Below are positions 1 through 12,860 of a DNA stretch of 64,000 nucleotides, piece by piece (the first letter of the stretch is position 1; each line of letters starts with the position of its first letter). The stretch covers positions 24,118,001 to 24,182,000 of the forward strand of contig NC_043006.1 of NCBI RefSeq assembly GCF_006345805.1, read 5' to 3'. Under the pieces are notes generated by a model. It was not told where the DNA came from, did no database searches, and saw nothing but the letters and a program-made list of their open reading frames with translations. The translations under genes and the position numbers were made by a program. The DNA is from Octopus sinensis (Eukaryota).

Positions 1-710
1 TTGGAAAGAGAAATACAGTGTCAAAGACAGAGAGAGGGTGTGTACGAAAGATAGATAGATAGGTAGTGTTGCCACCATAGTGGCTAACAAGATTTGATTA
101 AAAACGCGGGAACTTTAAGTGCAAGTCTGTCAACACGGCTTTAAAAAAAGACTTTCATTAAATAACAATATAGATAATTACATTTTTGGTTGTTCATGTG
201 TGCGCGCGTCTATGTTTTTCTGTATGGCTTTCAATATAGAGAAAATGCAACACAGCTTTAAAAAAACTTTCACTACATAAAATATGGATAGTTATTTTTG
301 TTCTTTGTGTATGCGTGTGTGTGTTTATGTATGTTTTTCAACATAGAAACACTGCAACTGATGCTTTAAGAAAAAACTTCCATTATAAAGACACGTTGTA
401 GTTGAAAGAGAAATGCAGTATCTGAGAGAGAGAAAGAGTGTGTGTGTGCGTGAAAGAAGTAAAATTTGTTTCAAGAAAAAATAGGTTGTTGTTTAGAGAG
501 AAATATAGTGAGAGAGAGAGAGTGTGTGTGTGTGTGTGTGTGTGTGCGTGCGTGCGTGTTTGTGTGTGTGAAAGATAAAGAACTAGATAAGCTGTTATCA
601 TCATAGTAATTAATGTGACTTTCACTATATAACAGTCTACTATTAAAAGAAGGTACGTGTATGATTAATAAATATTTTTACTACCAGCGTAGCGACGGAT
701 AAAGGCCTAG
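1..710 (+). mobile_element. Probable non-autonomous Helitron 3' portion with internal ~117-bp tandem units and (GA)n/(TG)n
   Basis: Ends in a small GC hairpin (ccagcgtagcgacgg, 684-698) followed by CTAG at 707-710; unit caacac(g/a)gctttaaaaaaa recurs at ~131, ~248 and ~357. Confidence 0.45.
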
Positions 711-737
711 CACATTATAAAAAATATGAATGCACAT

Positions 738-838
738 GAATTAGGAGTGTTCACGGCATTAGTCTCCTTGGAATTAGCCTTCACTGCATTAGTCTTCGTG
801 GAATTAGTCTTAGCAAAATTAGTCTTCATGGAAGTTTG
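738..838. repeat. Degenerate 15-bp tandem repeat, ~6 units
   Basis: gcattagtctccttg / gaattagccttcact / gcattagtcttcgtg / gaattagtcttagca / aaattagtcttcatg. Confidence 0.75.
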
Positions 839-3134
839 AACAAAATTGTGTGGCGGGTTTTTGAACATGTAAACAAATAGTTTGCAGAACAGAAAACATA
901 ACTGTATGAAATGAAATGTAAACAAAAGAATGGCAAATTTGGATGGAAGCAACTATCCTTTGCTAAACATCGGTACTGAAATGCAAGAGAAAAATAGATG
1001 TATGCTAAGTTCCCAAGTTTATATGCACAATTGTCTATGAGAATTGTGGAAAAACGAAGAAAGTTTTTTTTATTCACTTCACGACACGAGCGAAAAGTGC
1101 GTGACTGTCGAAAATGTTGCGCTTGCAGACTTCCATAGTTTCCTCCATATCATTCTGTGTGATCGCCTGATGAAAATGTTATACTTGTGGTCTTCCATGG
1201 TTTCGTCTATATTGTTTTATGTGGACAGCAGTTATTTCCTTGTATGTGCAGCTACAGATGCACTTCGAATTGTTGGTCCTGTGAAAAGTTGCTGAAATGT
1301 AATCTGGTTATTTTGTGCATCGTAGTTGGTTGCATTGTTTTTCTTTGTAGGTCGAAGTATGTTGACGCCAGTTGAAAGTGGGACTACGGAATTTCGATAC
1401 AAGACTGAATTTCGTTATCTTACTGGTTCACGGACCGTATCTTGGTAAAGTCTGCATTTCGAATCGAAAAGAGTGAATGTAACATAGAAAATTTACTGTT
1501 ACATATAGTTCAAACTTTGGCTTGGTGTAGTTCGATCCTCTTTAATTGGGGGAGTGTGGGTAGCAAAATGAAGTGTTTTTATTGCATTTTTGACTTTGAG
1601 ACAAAATATATTTTTTTACAAAAACTATATCATCTTAGTAAATTGCTTTCCCTAAATGCATTAAAAGCATTATAACATAATATGATCACTATTTCAGGAA
1701 ATTATCGCTATTCCCTTTGAGTATATGAAAGAGAAATTTGGCCAAGGCAAAATGAGTAAGCCAAGATAACAGGTTCATACACATCAATGTTCATCCTAGG
1801 TCAAATGAAAGAGGATCAGGGGGAAATGGCACTTAGACATCACTCATTTTACTCCATTTTCGACATCATTTTTTGTAACTTGAAAATTACCATACTAGAC
1901 ATTAGTGTGGAAAAAATTTGACTTGGAATCCAACAGAGAAAAAGATTTAGATTATTAAACACCAAAAATTATCCACATATTTTATTAGCCGCCTCAATTA
2001 CAATCAGGTCAAAGTTGAAGTATGCTGACCAATATTTACTCCTAAATATGATGCAACTGTACAAAATAGTGACGCAATACTTGCATTGTACTGATTTCAA
2101 ACAAGTTGGGAGAAAATAAGAAGAAATTAAAGTTTAGTCATTTTGTTTCCCATTCTCATACAAAAGTTGTCGTCATAACATCACAGGAATTGCAACAGTT
2201 GGTAATATGTGAAGAAGGCTGTAATTCATTTAAGCAGAATGGAACAAGGAAGTTTAATGTTAAGATGCACCAGAGAAATGAATGAAGAAGAACAATATCA
2301 ATTGCTTAGTACGATGGCTGTTATTTATCTGATTATTATGTTAGTCCTTACAATATAGAAAATATAACTTTCTTTGAGTTTGCCATACAAAGCCAATGAT
2401 TGTTTCTGTTGTATTAACATATTTAGATACAGAAAATATCATTCAAATTAATATATGTGAAAATACTTGTTAATACATTTCCAAAGTGATCCAAAATTAG
2501 TTAAATTCAAAGTGAACTAAGGAAATGTTTCCAGTATATCAATGCATACAAAAAGAACATTAAGAAAAAATATAATCAAAGAAAAGCTATTTTTGTATTC
2601 AACTCTTGAATAAGTGGATAATGAAAGAAAAAATAAACATGTGAATTCTGTGTTATGTCAATTAGAAACATAGAAATTCTACATTGTGAAGATCATCTGT
2701 TTATTATATATTGTAAACTTTTTTTAGAAAAATTATGCTTATTATGTAATATATGAAAAACAATCATACTTATAGAACTGAAATATTTAAATGCTTTCTG
2801 AAATTTGTGGCAACATTTCATTGTAAATTTACCATTAAAATTTAATAATATTAATTTAGAAAATTATATAATGCATTTCTTCAAAGCAAAGATCACATGT
2901 AGAAATGCCAATATCATATGATAGCACGTAAAAAGCATGGAGGCAATGTGGCCAATGCTAGTGTTGCATAACTAGCATCTGTACTAGTGGCATGTAAAAA
3001 ACACCTTTTGAGCATTGGAACTTAGTTAATGAAGATTGGTTTGTATGAAGAATTCAGATTTATCCAAACATGAAGTTGATATAATACTAGGAAGACCATG
3101 ATTGAATTCAATGGTAAGTAATGGACTAGAACTG

Positions 3135-3520
3135 ATAGACCCAATAATTTCAACACTACTATTGGGTCCAGTGATTCGGCTCAAGTAACCAATTTAGTGG
3201 GTATTTATATTCTTAATTGTATACATAGTCAATTTCCTGAATTAGGTGGTGGATTATATAGAGATGACACTCTATTCACTATATATAGATCTAGTCAAGT
3301 TAATTTGGAAAGGTCCAGGAAAAATCTTTTCAAATGCTTTAAATATCTCAGTCTCTCTATCTTAATAGAAAATGATTATACTAAGGTTACCTTCCTTGAT
3401 GTTACTCTGGATTTAAGTACTGAACTATACCAACCAAATCATAAACCAAATGAGTGCTTAAGATACGTGAATAGAAATTCTAATCTTCCTAGAAGCATCA
3501 TAAATTCTTTGCTGCACTAG
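3135..3520 (+). mobile_element. Penelope-like element, reverse transcriptase fragment
   Basis: Translation TIGSSDSAQVTNLVGIYIL...GLYRDD...VTFLDVTLDL...KPNECLRYVNRNSN matches Penelope RT motifs. Confidence 0.85.
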
Positions 3521-3882
3521 ATAAATATTTCCTGCCTTCAAAGAAATATGTGAAATTATTTAATTGTCAGAGTATAAAATTTTTATATTCAATCACTAGA
3601 AATTTGGCTGAGATTATAGCTCTACATGGAAAATGTGGGAATATCTCAACTCAAAATCTGTAAACGAGTAGAATTGATAGTGTGGATTGTGAAATTAACA
3701 CTAATAATTTTCCTGAACTAGATTATGATTCTTTAAGTAAAATTCATTTTGACTCTGATAATATAGTTAAGTTAAGACCTAGTTTTGATATTAATTACAA
3801 TAATAATAATCCTGCCTTAACACCTAATTCTGAGAGGAGAACAAGTAGAAATTCTTTGAACCATGAGTATCAAACACAAGTG

Positions 3883-4728
3883 AAAATAATTTCTTTGTAA
3901 CTAAACACTTTTAAACTTCGTATACTGGTAGTGTGTTGCATAAAACATCTTTTTCTCTTGGCTTTCTTGAGAAAATTCTGTAGTTTGTAAGCTATTTGTT
4001 GTTTAATTTCTTGCATTTTGGCAATTTCAACCAATCACTGACGTCTATTGAGGTGAATACAATATCTGCCGTATTTTGTCAACAACATTTTCTGGCGGTG
4101 TCATATGAATTTGTCACTGTTATTTATGATATATTTCATATCAGTTACGTTCATATGAATAAAAGATTATTGTTATTAAACTTTTATTAATAAACACATA
4201 ATCTAAGTTCACAACATATGCAGTTTTAATTTCCCTCTCTGTTGCACAGATACACACATTACATATTATATATACGTTTAAGAAACAGATTGGGTTTATT
4301 TACATTTCTGAAGAAAAAAAGATAGCCTTCCACCACCCCTAACCATAACCCTAACTCTAACCCTAACCCTAACCCTAACCCTAAAACTGATTGAAATGCA
4401 ATAGATTGATACCAGGGTCATAATTATGGGTGGACACTAAAGAGGGAACAGTTTTGTTATCCAGCTCTGTTTACAAGTGACCCCTCAGTTTATGGCCACA
4501 GGGTATCTTTTTTCTCATTGCATTTACCTCAATAGACGTCATTGATTGGTTGAAATTGCCGAAATGCAAGAAATTAAACAACAAATAGCTTACAAGCTAC
4601 AGAATTTTCTCAAGAAAGCCAAGAGAAAAAGATGTTTTATGTAACACACTACCAGTATACAAAGTTTAAAAGTGTTTAGTTACAAAGAAATTATTTTAAA
4701 AATCTGCCGCTCAAAGTGAAAAGATCCC
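3883..4728. mobile_element. Foldback/MITE-like DNA element with ~180-bp inverted arms and internal (CCCTAA)n
   Basis: 3883-4063 is the reverse complement of 4518-4697 with few mismatches; CCCTAA-type repeats at ~4337-4385. Confidence 0.8.
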
Positions 4729-4739
4729 AAAATTGTCTG

Positions 4740-5056
4740 TCCTTTAGCAAATCAGTGTTTAAGGGAAAATATAGTGTATCAATGTAAGGTAATAACAGGA
4801 GATCATAATATTGAAATCTAAATTTCACAATTATTTTCATCCATTTAAGCATAGAAGAAAAAGTAATTCTACAAATCTTAGTAAATACATTTGGGATTTG
4901 AAAGATAGGAACATTAAGTATGATTTAAAGTGGTTCATTATTAGTTATGCATCATTGTGCAATATTGGTAATTCTACATGTGATCTTTGCCTTGAAGAAA
5001 TGCATTATATAATTTCTTCTAAATTAATATTATTAATTTTAATAGTAATTTTATAA
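4740..5056 (+). mobile_element. Penelope-like element, GIY-YIG endonuclease C-terminal fragment
   Basis: ORF 4811-5056 FHNYFHPFKHRRKSNSTNLSKYIWDLK...CDLCLEE is typical of the Penelope EN C-terminus. Confidence 0.8.
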
Positions 5057-5389
5057 TAAAATGTCACAAATTTCAGAAGGCATTGAAATATTTAAATATT
5101 TCAATTATTAATTATGATAGCTTTTCATATAAGAAGCAGGATTTTTCAAAAAAGTTTACTATATAGCCACAGCTCATAAGCTGAAACTAGAATCAATCAA
5201 TCAATCAATCATATAATAAATAGATAATTGTCATGACAGAATCTCTGTTTCTAATTGTCATAACATAGAATTCATATGTTTATTTTTTATTCTTTCATTA
5301 GCCACTTACATCGCCAAGAGTTGAATACAAAAATAGCTTTTCTTTGATTATATTTCTTCTTAATGTTCTTTTTCTATGTGTTCATTTAA

Positions 5390-5712
5390 TCGAGCAACTC
5401 GACCCCGGGACTTATTCTTTTGTAAGCCCAGTACTTATTCTATCGGTCTCTTTTGCCGAACCGCTAAGTGACGGGGACATAAACACACCAGCATTGGTTG
5501 TCAAGCAATGCTAGGGGGACAAACACAACGCATATATATACATATATACGACGGGCTTCTTTCAGTTTCCGTCTACCAAATCCACTCACAAGGCTTTGGT
5601 CGGCCCGAGGCTATAGTAGAAGATACTTGCCCAAGGTGCTACACAGTGGGACTGAACCCGGAACCATGTGGTTGGTAAACAAGCTACTTACCACACAGCC
5701 ACTCCTGCACCT
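5390..5712 (-). mobile_element. tRNA-derived SINE (probably octopus OR/Ceph-SINE type), lacking the extreme 3' tail
   Basis: Minus strand reads GGTGCAGGAGTGGCTGTGTGG (A box)...GGTTCAGTCCC (B box); body shared with copies at 14497 and 47859. Confidence 0.85.
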
Positions 5713-6469
5713 GTATAAGTTTTTTACCTGTTGTTTATTTACAATACATTTTATCATTCATTAAGTAATAGAACACAACACACCCTGACTTTTATTAACA
5801 GTAAGTTTTATGTATCTGTGTGACTCTGTCTTGCCTTCACTCTTCCTCTCTCTCTCTCACCCTCTTACTACTATCTCTAGCCTTTCCACTTCCCCTTTTT
5901 TTTCTCTCGTCCTCTTATATTTCTAGCCTTTCTCCTTTTTTCCCTTGTTTTCTCTCTGTCTCTCTTTCTTTCCCTCCCTCTGTTGCTCTCTTTCTCCTCT
6001 ACCTGCTGCTGACACATGACCTGTAGCCAGCTTTCCTTTCATTCTCTCCCTTTTTCATACTGGTTGCATAGCTGACCAGTGGTAAATTCTCTGTGTCTTG
6101 CTATTTGCTGTTTTCTATATCTTTTAGGACACCTTCTCAAGCATTATCCACCATTCTTGTCTTTTTGGCCCTAAGGCTATATTTTGCTCGTTTCTTATTT
6201 ATTTCATCTTTGTCCAACATCTTCAATTAGATTTCGTATGTCTCCTTTGATTTGTTTTGTCTATATTCTCTGCAAACTTTTGTGCTGGCAGCATATGGGT
6301 AGTTCTCAGTCTTATCATTAATGGTGTGAAACTAAATATTACCATTTGGTTGATAACTGCTGAGCAATTAGGAACCTTCTGTGTCTGTCTCCTGTCCAGT
6401 TGTGCACTCAGTATATGTATACATCTTTTACCTGTCAGTGTTTATTTACAATACATTTTTTTTATTTAC

Positions 6470-6517
6470 ATACACACATATATATATATAAACACACACA
6501 CACATATATATATATAA

Positions 6518-6550
<33 letters not shown>

Positions 6551-6576
6551 AACACACACACATATATATATATAAA

Positions 6577-6607
<31 letters not shown>

Positions 6608-6636
6608 AAAACACACACACATATATATATATATAA

Positions 6637-6667
<31 letters not shown>

Positions 6668-6700
6668 CAATATATACATACATACATACATACATATATA
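6470..6700. repeat. Compound (CA)n/(TA)n microsatellite with higher-order ~25-bp units
   Basis: Repeated aaacacacacacatatatatatat blocks. Confidence 0.95.
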
Positions 6701-7545
6701 CTAACAAAAAGAGAGGAATTTCAATTATCCCCATATGGTGAGTTGTAATGCACAAAATATATAAATAATTATAGAAGGAAGGAAAATGCATGCATTTTAC
6801 ATAGTTTTAATATATTTTTTAAATCATTCAATGTTGCGTTTGTCGATCAGTTTTGCTTTTGCTAATCATGACATTGAAGATATTGTAATTTCGTATTTTC
6901 TTAAGAAGATTTTAGTTCATATTGTGTGAGGAGAAGTTTGTGAATGAATGATTCAACAAGTAGAAAAATCTAAGGGGAAGTAATTGGTGATCATTATTAT
7001 TGGGGACAGAGGAGGTAATTGCTCATCTTTCAGGGAGGGGATAAATAAATATATATACACAAAAACTCAAAAGCTAAAGTAATGAGATGAAATATGTACA
7101 GTGACAGGTATGTAATCATGAATTAAAATATATACTGAGATCAAAGTTTGTTATGTGTTCATATTTAGATATATTCTGTATTTTTCAATAAACAAATGTT
7201 CTTTATTTAAACATTCTTGTATAGATATTGTTTCTTTGCACTGGTAGACAGGGAAAACTGTGAAGTTTAGTTGGATATTATCTTCACATCTTTCTATGTA
7301 TTTGCTAAATGAATCTATCTGTATTGTAGGAACCAGATCTGTTCCTTATGTAGTGTGGCTCTTCATCTCAGTGTCATAATTGTCTGTCCCATATAGTTAT
7401 GTCCACAAAATCTTTTCAGTGATTTGTGTTGCTTTTTGCATTTGATGAATGCAAGTGCTTTCCGAATGTTGTTCATTTTTGGATCCCTAGTGAGCATAGG
7501 TAGATTTTGTAGAATAATGTTGTATGCGTCATTGTTTCTAGGGTT

Positions 7546-9298
7546 CATCATCATCATCATCGTCGTTTAACGTCCGTTCTCCATGCTAGCATGGGTTGGA
7601 CGGTTCGACCGGGGTTCTGGGAAGCCAGAAGGCTGCACCAGGCTCCAGTCTAATCTGGCAATGTTTCTACAGCTGGATGCCCTTCCTAACGCCAACCACT
7701 CCATGAGTGTAGTGGGTGCTTTTTACGTGCCACCTGCACAGGTGCCAGGCGGGGCTGGCAACGGCCACGGTCAGATTGGTGTATTTTATGTGCCACCGGC
7801 ACGGAAGCCAGTTGAGGCGGTGCTGGCATCGGCCACGAGTCGGATAGTGCTTTTTACGTACCACCAGACCAGGGATCCTGGCTGGTTCAATTCGATTTCG
7901 ATTTCGCTTGCCCCAACATGTCCTCACAAGCAAAGGGGGTTGGCATGGGTGCCTGTCGTACGGTCGCATTGGAGTATTTTACGTGCCACGGCCACGAGTC
8001 GGATAGTGCTTTTTACGTACCACCAGACCAGGGATCCTGGCTGGTTCAATTCGATTTCGATTTCGCTTGCCCCAACATGTCTTCACAAGCAAAGGGGGTT
8101 GGCATGGGTGCCTGTCGTACGGTCGCATTGGAGTATTTTACGTGCCACGGCCACGAGTCGGATAGTGCTTTTTACGTACCACCAGGCCAGGGATCCTGGC
8201 TGGTTCAATTCGGTTTCGATTTCGATTTCGCTTGCCCCAACATGTCTTCGCAAGCATGGGGGGTTGGCATGGGTGTCTGTCGTCGGATGAGGTTCTATAT
8301 CGACTTCGCTTGCCTCAACCGGTCTTTGTGTCCAAGGGAGGAAAGGCATTCATAAGTGGGCTGGGCTCACTTGTCCTGCCTGGTCTTCTCACGTACAGAA
8401 TATTTCCAAAGGTCTCGGTCTCTGGTCATTTCCTCAGTGAGGCCTAAAGTTCGAAGGTTGTGCTTCACCACCTCGTCCCAGGTTTTCCTGGGTCTACCTC
8501 TTCCACGGGTTCCCTCAACTGCCAGGGATTGGCACTTTCTCACACACCTATCTTCATCCATTCTCGCCACATGACCATACCAGCGCAATCGTCTCTCTTG
8601 CACACCACAACTGATGCTTCTTAGGTACAACATTTCTCTCAAGGTGCTAACGCTCTGTCGAGTATGTACACTGACATTACACATCCATCGGAGCATACTG
8701 GCTTCATTCCTCACGAGCTTACGCATGTCCTCAGCAGTCACGGCCCATGTTTCGCTGCCATGTAGCATGGCTGTTCGTACACACGCATCATACAGTCTGC
8801 CTTTTACTCTGAGCGAGAGGCCTTTAGTCACCAGCAGAGGTAAGAGCTCCCTAAACTTTGCCCAGGCTATTCTTATTCTAGCAGTTACACTTTCAGCGCA
8901 CCCACCCCCACTACTGATTTGGTCACCTGGATAACGGAAGCTATCAACTATTTCTAGTTTTTCCGCCTGGAAAGTGACGGAAGTTGTTTTCTGCAGATTT
9001 TCGGAGGTTAATGCTCCCGAGCATCTGCCACATACAAAAACTATCTTCCCAGTTAGCCTACCTTTGACATTGCTGCACCTCTTATGTGTCCATAGCTTAC
9101 ACTGGGTACATCTTATAGAGTTTCTACCTACACCTTTTCTACAGATCGAGCAGGGCCATCTTCCTGAAGATATTTGTGGATTGTCTACCTTTCTACTTAT
9201 TAGTACTTTGGTTTTAGCTAGGTTGACTCTAAGGCCCCTTGATTCTAAACCCTCCTTCCACACCTGGAACTTCTCCTCCAGTTCTGATAGTGACTCAG
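7546..9298 (-). mobile_element. 5'-truncated RTE-clade LINE with RT C-terminus, long 3' UTR and (GAT)n tail
   Basis: ORF 8367-9263 GLRVNLAKTK...MLHGSETW...RRLRWYGHVARM...RGRGRPRKTW; (CAT)n at 7546-7560; near-identical copy at 29968-32456. Confidence 0.95.
7831..8270. repeat. 159-bp tandem repeat (~2.7 units) inside the RTE 3' UTR
   Basis: ggccacgagtcggatagtgc starts at 7831, 7990 and 8149. Confidence 0.9.
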
Positions 9299-10012
9299 TA
9301 GTGTTTTGAGATGAGGTGTGGTGTTATGCTTTGTTGCCCTTAGTGTTTTAATGTCTAATTTCTTAGCATGCTTAATTCCATCATCTATAAGCAAGGGTGG
9401 ATAGTGTCTTTCAGTTAGTGTTGTTCTGAGGTCTTGAAAATGAAGGTCCCAAGTATTTCTATCAGACACTATTGTGCAAATTCATTTTGCTAAATTAAAG
9501 GGGATATTTCTTTTGATGTGTTTCAGGTGGCATAAGCCAAACAGGAAATATTGCTTTGAGTCCGTTGGTTTATGATAAATGTCAGTTATAATATGGTTGT
9601 TGACTTTTTTTATCATAATATCCAAGAAAGGGAGCTGTTCTTTGCTACATTCCATTGTAAATTGAATGTTAGAGTTTATATTATTTACTATTGATTTAAA
9701 TTCCAAAAGTTTATCAATGGTCTCCTTCCAAATGATAAAGCAGTCATCCAAGTATCTTTTCCAGTTCTCTCTTTTATAATGGTGAAATGGATACCCATAT
9801 TTTTGCAGTGACACTTCACATATGGTGAATTCAAAATATCCCATTATTAGGTTTGCAAGAATAGGGGCTTCTAGCATGGATAATACTAGATTTTTGTAGT
9901 ATTTTGTGTCCATCAGGACTATAGCATTTCCTTTGCCTGCTTCTTTAATTGTCTTTTTGAAGTTCAATTAGATTTTTCCATTCAAGATTGTTGATGTTTG
10001 AATTAATTTTTT

Positions 10013-10216
10013 GCCTTGAAAGTTCCTGGGTAAAAGAAAATAGGGGAGGATCAGTTAATTATGATTTTATTGAACATATTCCCCTCTCATATTCACACAC
10101 TTATTGCAGCAGTCCTTCAATTTTTCTAAGCCCGGTAAAAAGATCTCACAAGGTTGAGCTTCCTGTCAGGCCTTTTGCAATACCCTTAAAACCAGGAACT
10201 TTTCAGCACCCCCTGC
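10013..10216 (-). mobile_element. Mariner-derived miniature element with both TIRs and the transposase C-terminus only
   Basis: Inverted ends ...gaaagttcctgg (10013-10030) and ccaggaacttttcagcacccc (~10192-10214); minus strand encodes GLEKLKDCCNKCVNMRGEYVQ*. Confidence 0.75.
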
Positions 10217-10218
10217 TC

Positions 10219-10261
<43 letters not shown>

Positions 10262-11589
10262 ACTATATTTTGTTCTTTCTCTCTACCTCTTCAATAAACT
10301 TTTTAAATATGTAATTCCCCTCTTGACATGGTTAACATTTCTATCTTATCTTTTTCTTCACCTCTCACTTCTACTAACCATGTGAATGACCTTGTAATGC
10401 ATCAGTTGGCTATCTACCATCTCACTCATTCCTCCTCCATCTCTCTCACTCTCTATCCCCCCTCTCTCTCACTCCATGTCTTCATCTCTCTAACAATCTT
10501 AATGTTAATGTGTGAACAAATGAACAAGCAGAATTATAATATATATAGAGATAAGTGCTGTATGTCCACCCACACTTAACAAGAAAACTTCTCACATACT
10601 CTACCACAACAAACCAAACTATGTCTCTACATCTCTTCCGCACATTTCTGCTTCATGTACTGTGATTACCTCCCACTCCCCAATCCTGTCCTCTTGGCCC
10701 TGTGCCACTGTATCATTGCTCTTCACTTGCCCCCCCTCAACCTGCGCGTTCTACCCACATGCCTTGTCTCATTCTATTATTGCTATCTGCTAGCCCTCGA
10801 CCTGGGTGTTCCACCTACACGTAATAAGAAAAGTTTTCCCTCACCCTACCCCAAAAAACCAATCTACATCTCTTTCTCACATTTCCTCCTTCATACACTA
10901 TGCCTAGCTCTCACCCCACAATCCTGTCCTCACACCCCTGTTCCTCTGTATCATTGCTATCAGGTAGCCCCTCCAACTCTATATATACCCAGGTCTTTCG
11001 CCACTTACTTACACTCTTTAATCACACTCCCTTCACAATATTCTGTCACTTATACTATGACATTTGAACCTGGCACTTTCCACCTTCTATATCACTCTCT
11101 TCCTTTACTCAACCATCACATTTATATTCTGATACCCATTGCTTATTAGTATGCCCAGCATTTTGCCACCATCTCTATCCCGCCGTATCCCACTCTGTCT
11201 CCTTTTCCTGCGCTTCCCTCAGGTTGGGCAACTGTGTATTGTCTTTGCAGTAGCACACCTGTTTCTGTCTTCATTCCTGATCTTTCCCTCTCCAGCTGGG
11301 TAACCTTGTACTTCCTCTACAGCATGACACCTGTATCTGTCTCACTATAACCTTTTAATCATCACCTCTTCCAGTGCCTCCTCCTCTCTTGAAAGTTATT
11401 TTTATGTCTTGCAAGTACTTGGTGACCTTGTCAGTGCAGGTGCTACTTCAAAAAGCACCCAGTCCACACTGTAAAGTGGTTGGTGTTTGGAAGCTGTAAA
11501 ACCTTACCAGCTGTAAAAACCTTGCCAAAACTGACCTCACTTTGGATTGATCCAAATTGATCAGTGCCCCACCCATGCCAAGTTCCTTA

Positions 11590-12860
11590 ACTACCCTGTC
11601 TATGATGTAGTGCATGAGGTGGAGATTGTCATGGATGCTTCAGCCCGGCATGGCACATGTTTGTCGACCAGTTTCTTGATGACAAGCACCAACCTCTTGG
11701 CTAATACCTTGGCCAAAATGTTCAAATCTGCCTTGAGCAGAGTGATGGGCCTGAAGTTATCTATTACAGCCCCCTTGTTTGGATCTTTCTTCAGCAGTAT
11801 TATGGATCCTCTGCTCACAAAACTGGGGATGCTCCCGTTTTGTTGTCAGTTGCAGTACACTGCTTCCAAGATGCCTTCAAACAAGTCTGGCATACAACTG
11901 TAAAGCTCGTAGGGGAGACCATCTAAACCCAGCTATGTGTCCCTCAAGCACTCTGCGATCATGTCCCGCATGTCCGCTGCTGTGATGGCACCTTCACAAC
12001 ACTCTGCCTCTCTTGCTGAGTCATGGCAGGCTATGCAGGTAGCTACTAAAGTCCACCCTGCATTCTTGCTCATCACTTGTCCCGAACAGTCAGGCAAAGT
12101 GCTGCTGAAAGGTCTCACATTTTACTAGGCTCAAGTAATTCACACCCCTGTTCATCCATCAGAGACTGAATGGTGACTTTGTTGCCCTGTTGTGCCTCCG
12201 CCACCTGGGCCTCCTGTGTGGCTCCAACACCTTCGTTTCTTAAAGCACACATCCTAGCCCTGACAATGCACCCCTTGTGTTTGGTGTTGAAGTGTTGGTC
12301 AAGGGCCAACCTCGCCGCCAATATGTCAGATGCAATGCCACTTCTAGTTTCTTAACTAGGTCTTCCTCTATTTTGTTTCTATCTATTGCTAGTGCTTTGC
12401 TATACCTAATTGATTCAGCTTTTATTGATTTCTTGAGGGCAAACCACTATTTGTTGTTGATGATGGTTCCCGTCAAAACCATCTTCACTAGCGTGCTAAT
12501 CCAGTCTCTGTAAACCTGTGTTGACAGGAAAGACGCATTCAGTTTCCAGTAACCAGGACCCTGCCTATGTGCCTTATCTAAGCTTAGCGTACACGTCACA
12601 AGTTTGTGATCTGTGTAGCAGACTATGTGAAGTTGTGAATACCCTACACTATCTCTATATACTGTCCTACACAGTATTCTATCTAGATGTGATCTCAACG
12701 ACCCAATGCAGTTGCTCCATGTCCACGTTGGTGCATTCAGGTGGTAGAGTTGGTGCCTGTCAGACAGTTGAAAGCGTCTGAGCAGGTTTTTGAGGCATTT
12801 GCATTCCTGTCTATTCCTATCTGTTCCCACATAGTCTAGATGCATGTCCAAAGTAGCATT
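11590..12860 (-). mobile_element. Degenerate L1/Tx1-clade LINE ORF2 fragment (APE C-terminus to RT N-terminus)
   Basis: SHLDRI...TDHKLV...GPGYWKLNASFL (12447-12851) and NFRPITLLKADLNILAKVLAKRL (11600-11818). Confidence 0.85.

Larger units (their letters stand above)
7200..9990 (-). mobile_element. Penelope-like element (RT + GIY-YIG) interrupted by an RTE LINE
   Basis: 9482-9967: WKRYLDDCFIIW, QFTME, LPFLD, TDIYHKPTD; resumes at 7545 with NPRNNDAYNIILQNLPMLTRDP, then YMGQTIMTLR*RATLHKEQI (GIY-YIG-like); internal deletion and stops. Confidence 0.85.

Noticed and set aside
4337-4385. (CCCTAA)n as a true telomere or chromosome fusion site
   Set aside because: Only ~8 degenerate units, internal to a foldback element, with no head-to-head arrangement
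7831-8270. Regular repeats here and at 35491-36167 as a CRISPR-like array
   Set aside because: Whole units repeat with no unique spacers, there are no cas genes, and the context is eukaryotic
7583-8355. 235-aa and 145-aa ORFs with internal repeats (mirrored at 31599-32336)
   Set aside because: Antisense readings of the RTE 3' UTR tandem array
8405-8440. CTGAGGA...GAAA on the minus strand inside the RTE
   Set aside because: Part of coding sequence (LTEEMTRDRDLWKY); stems do not form
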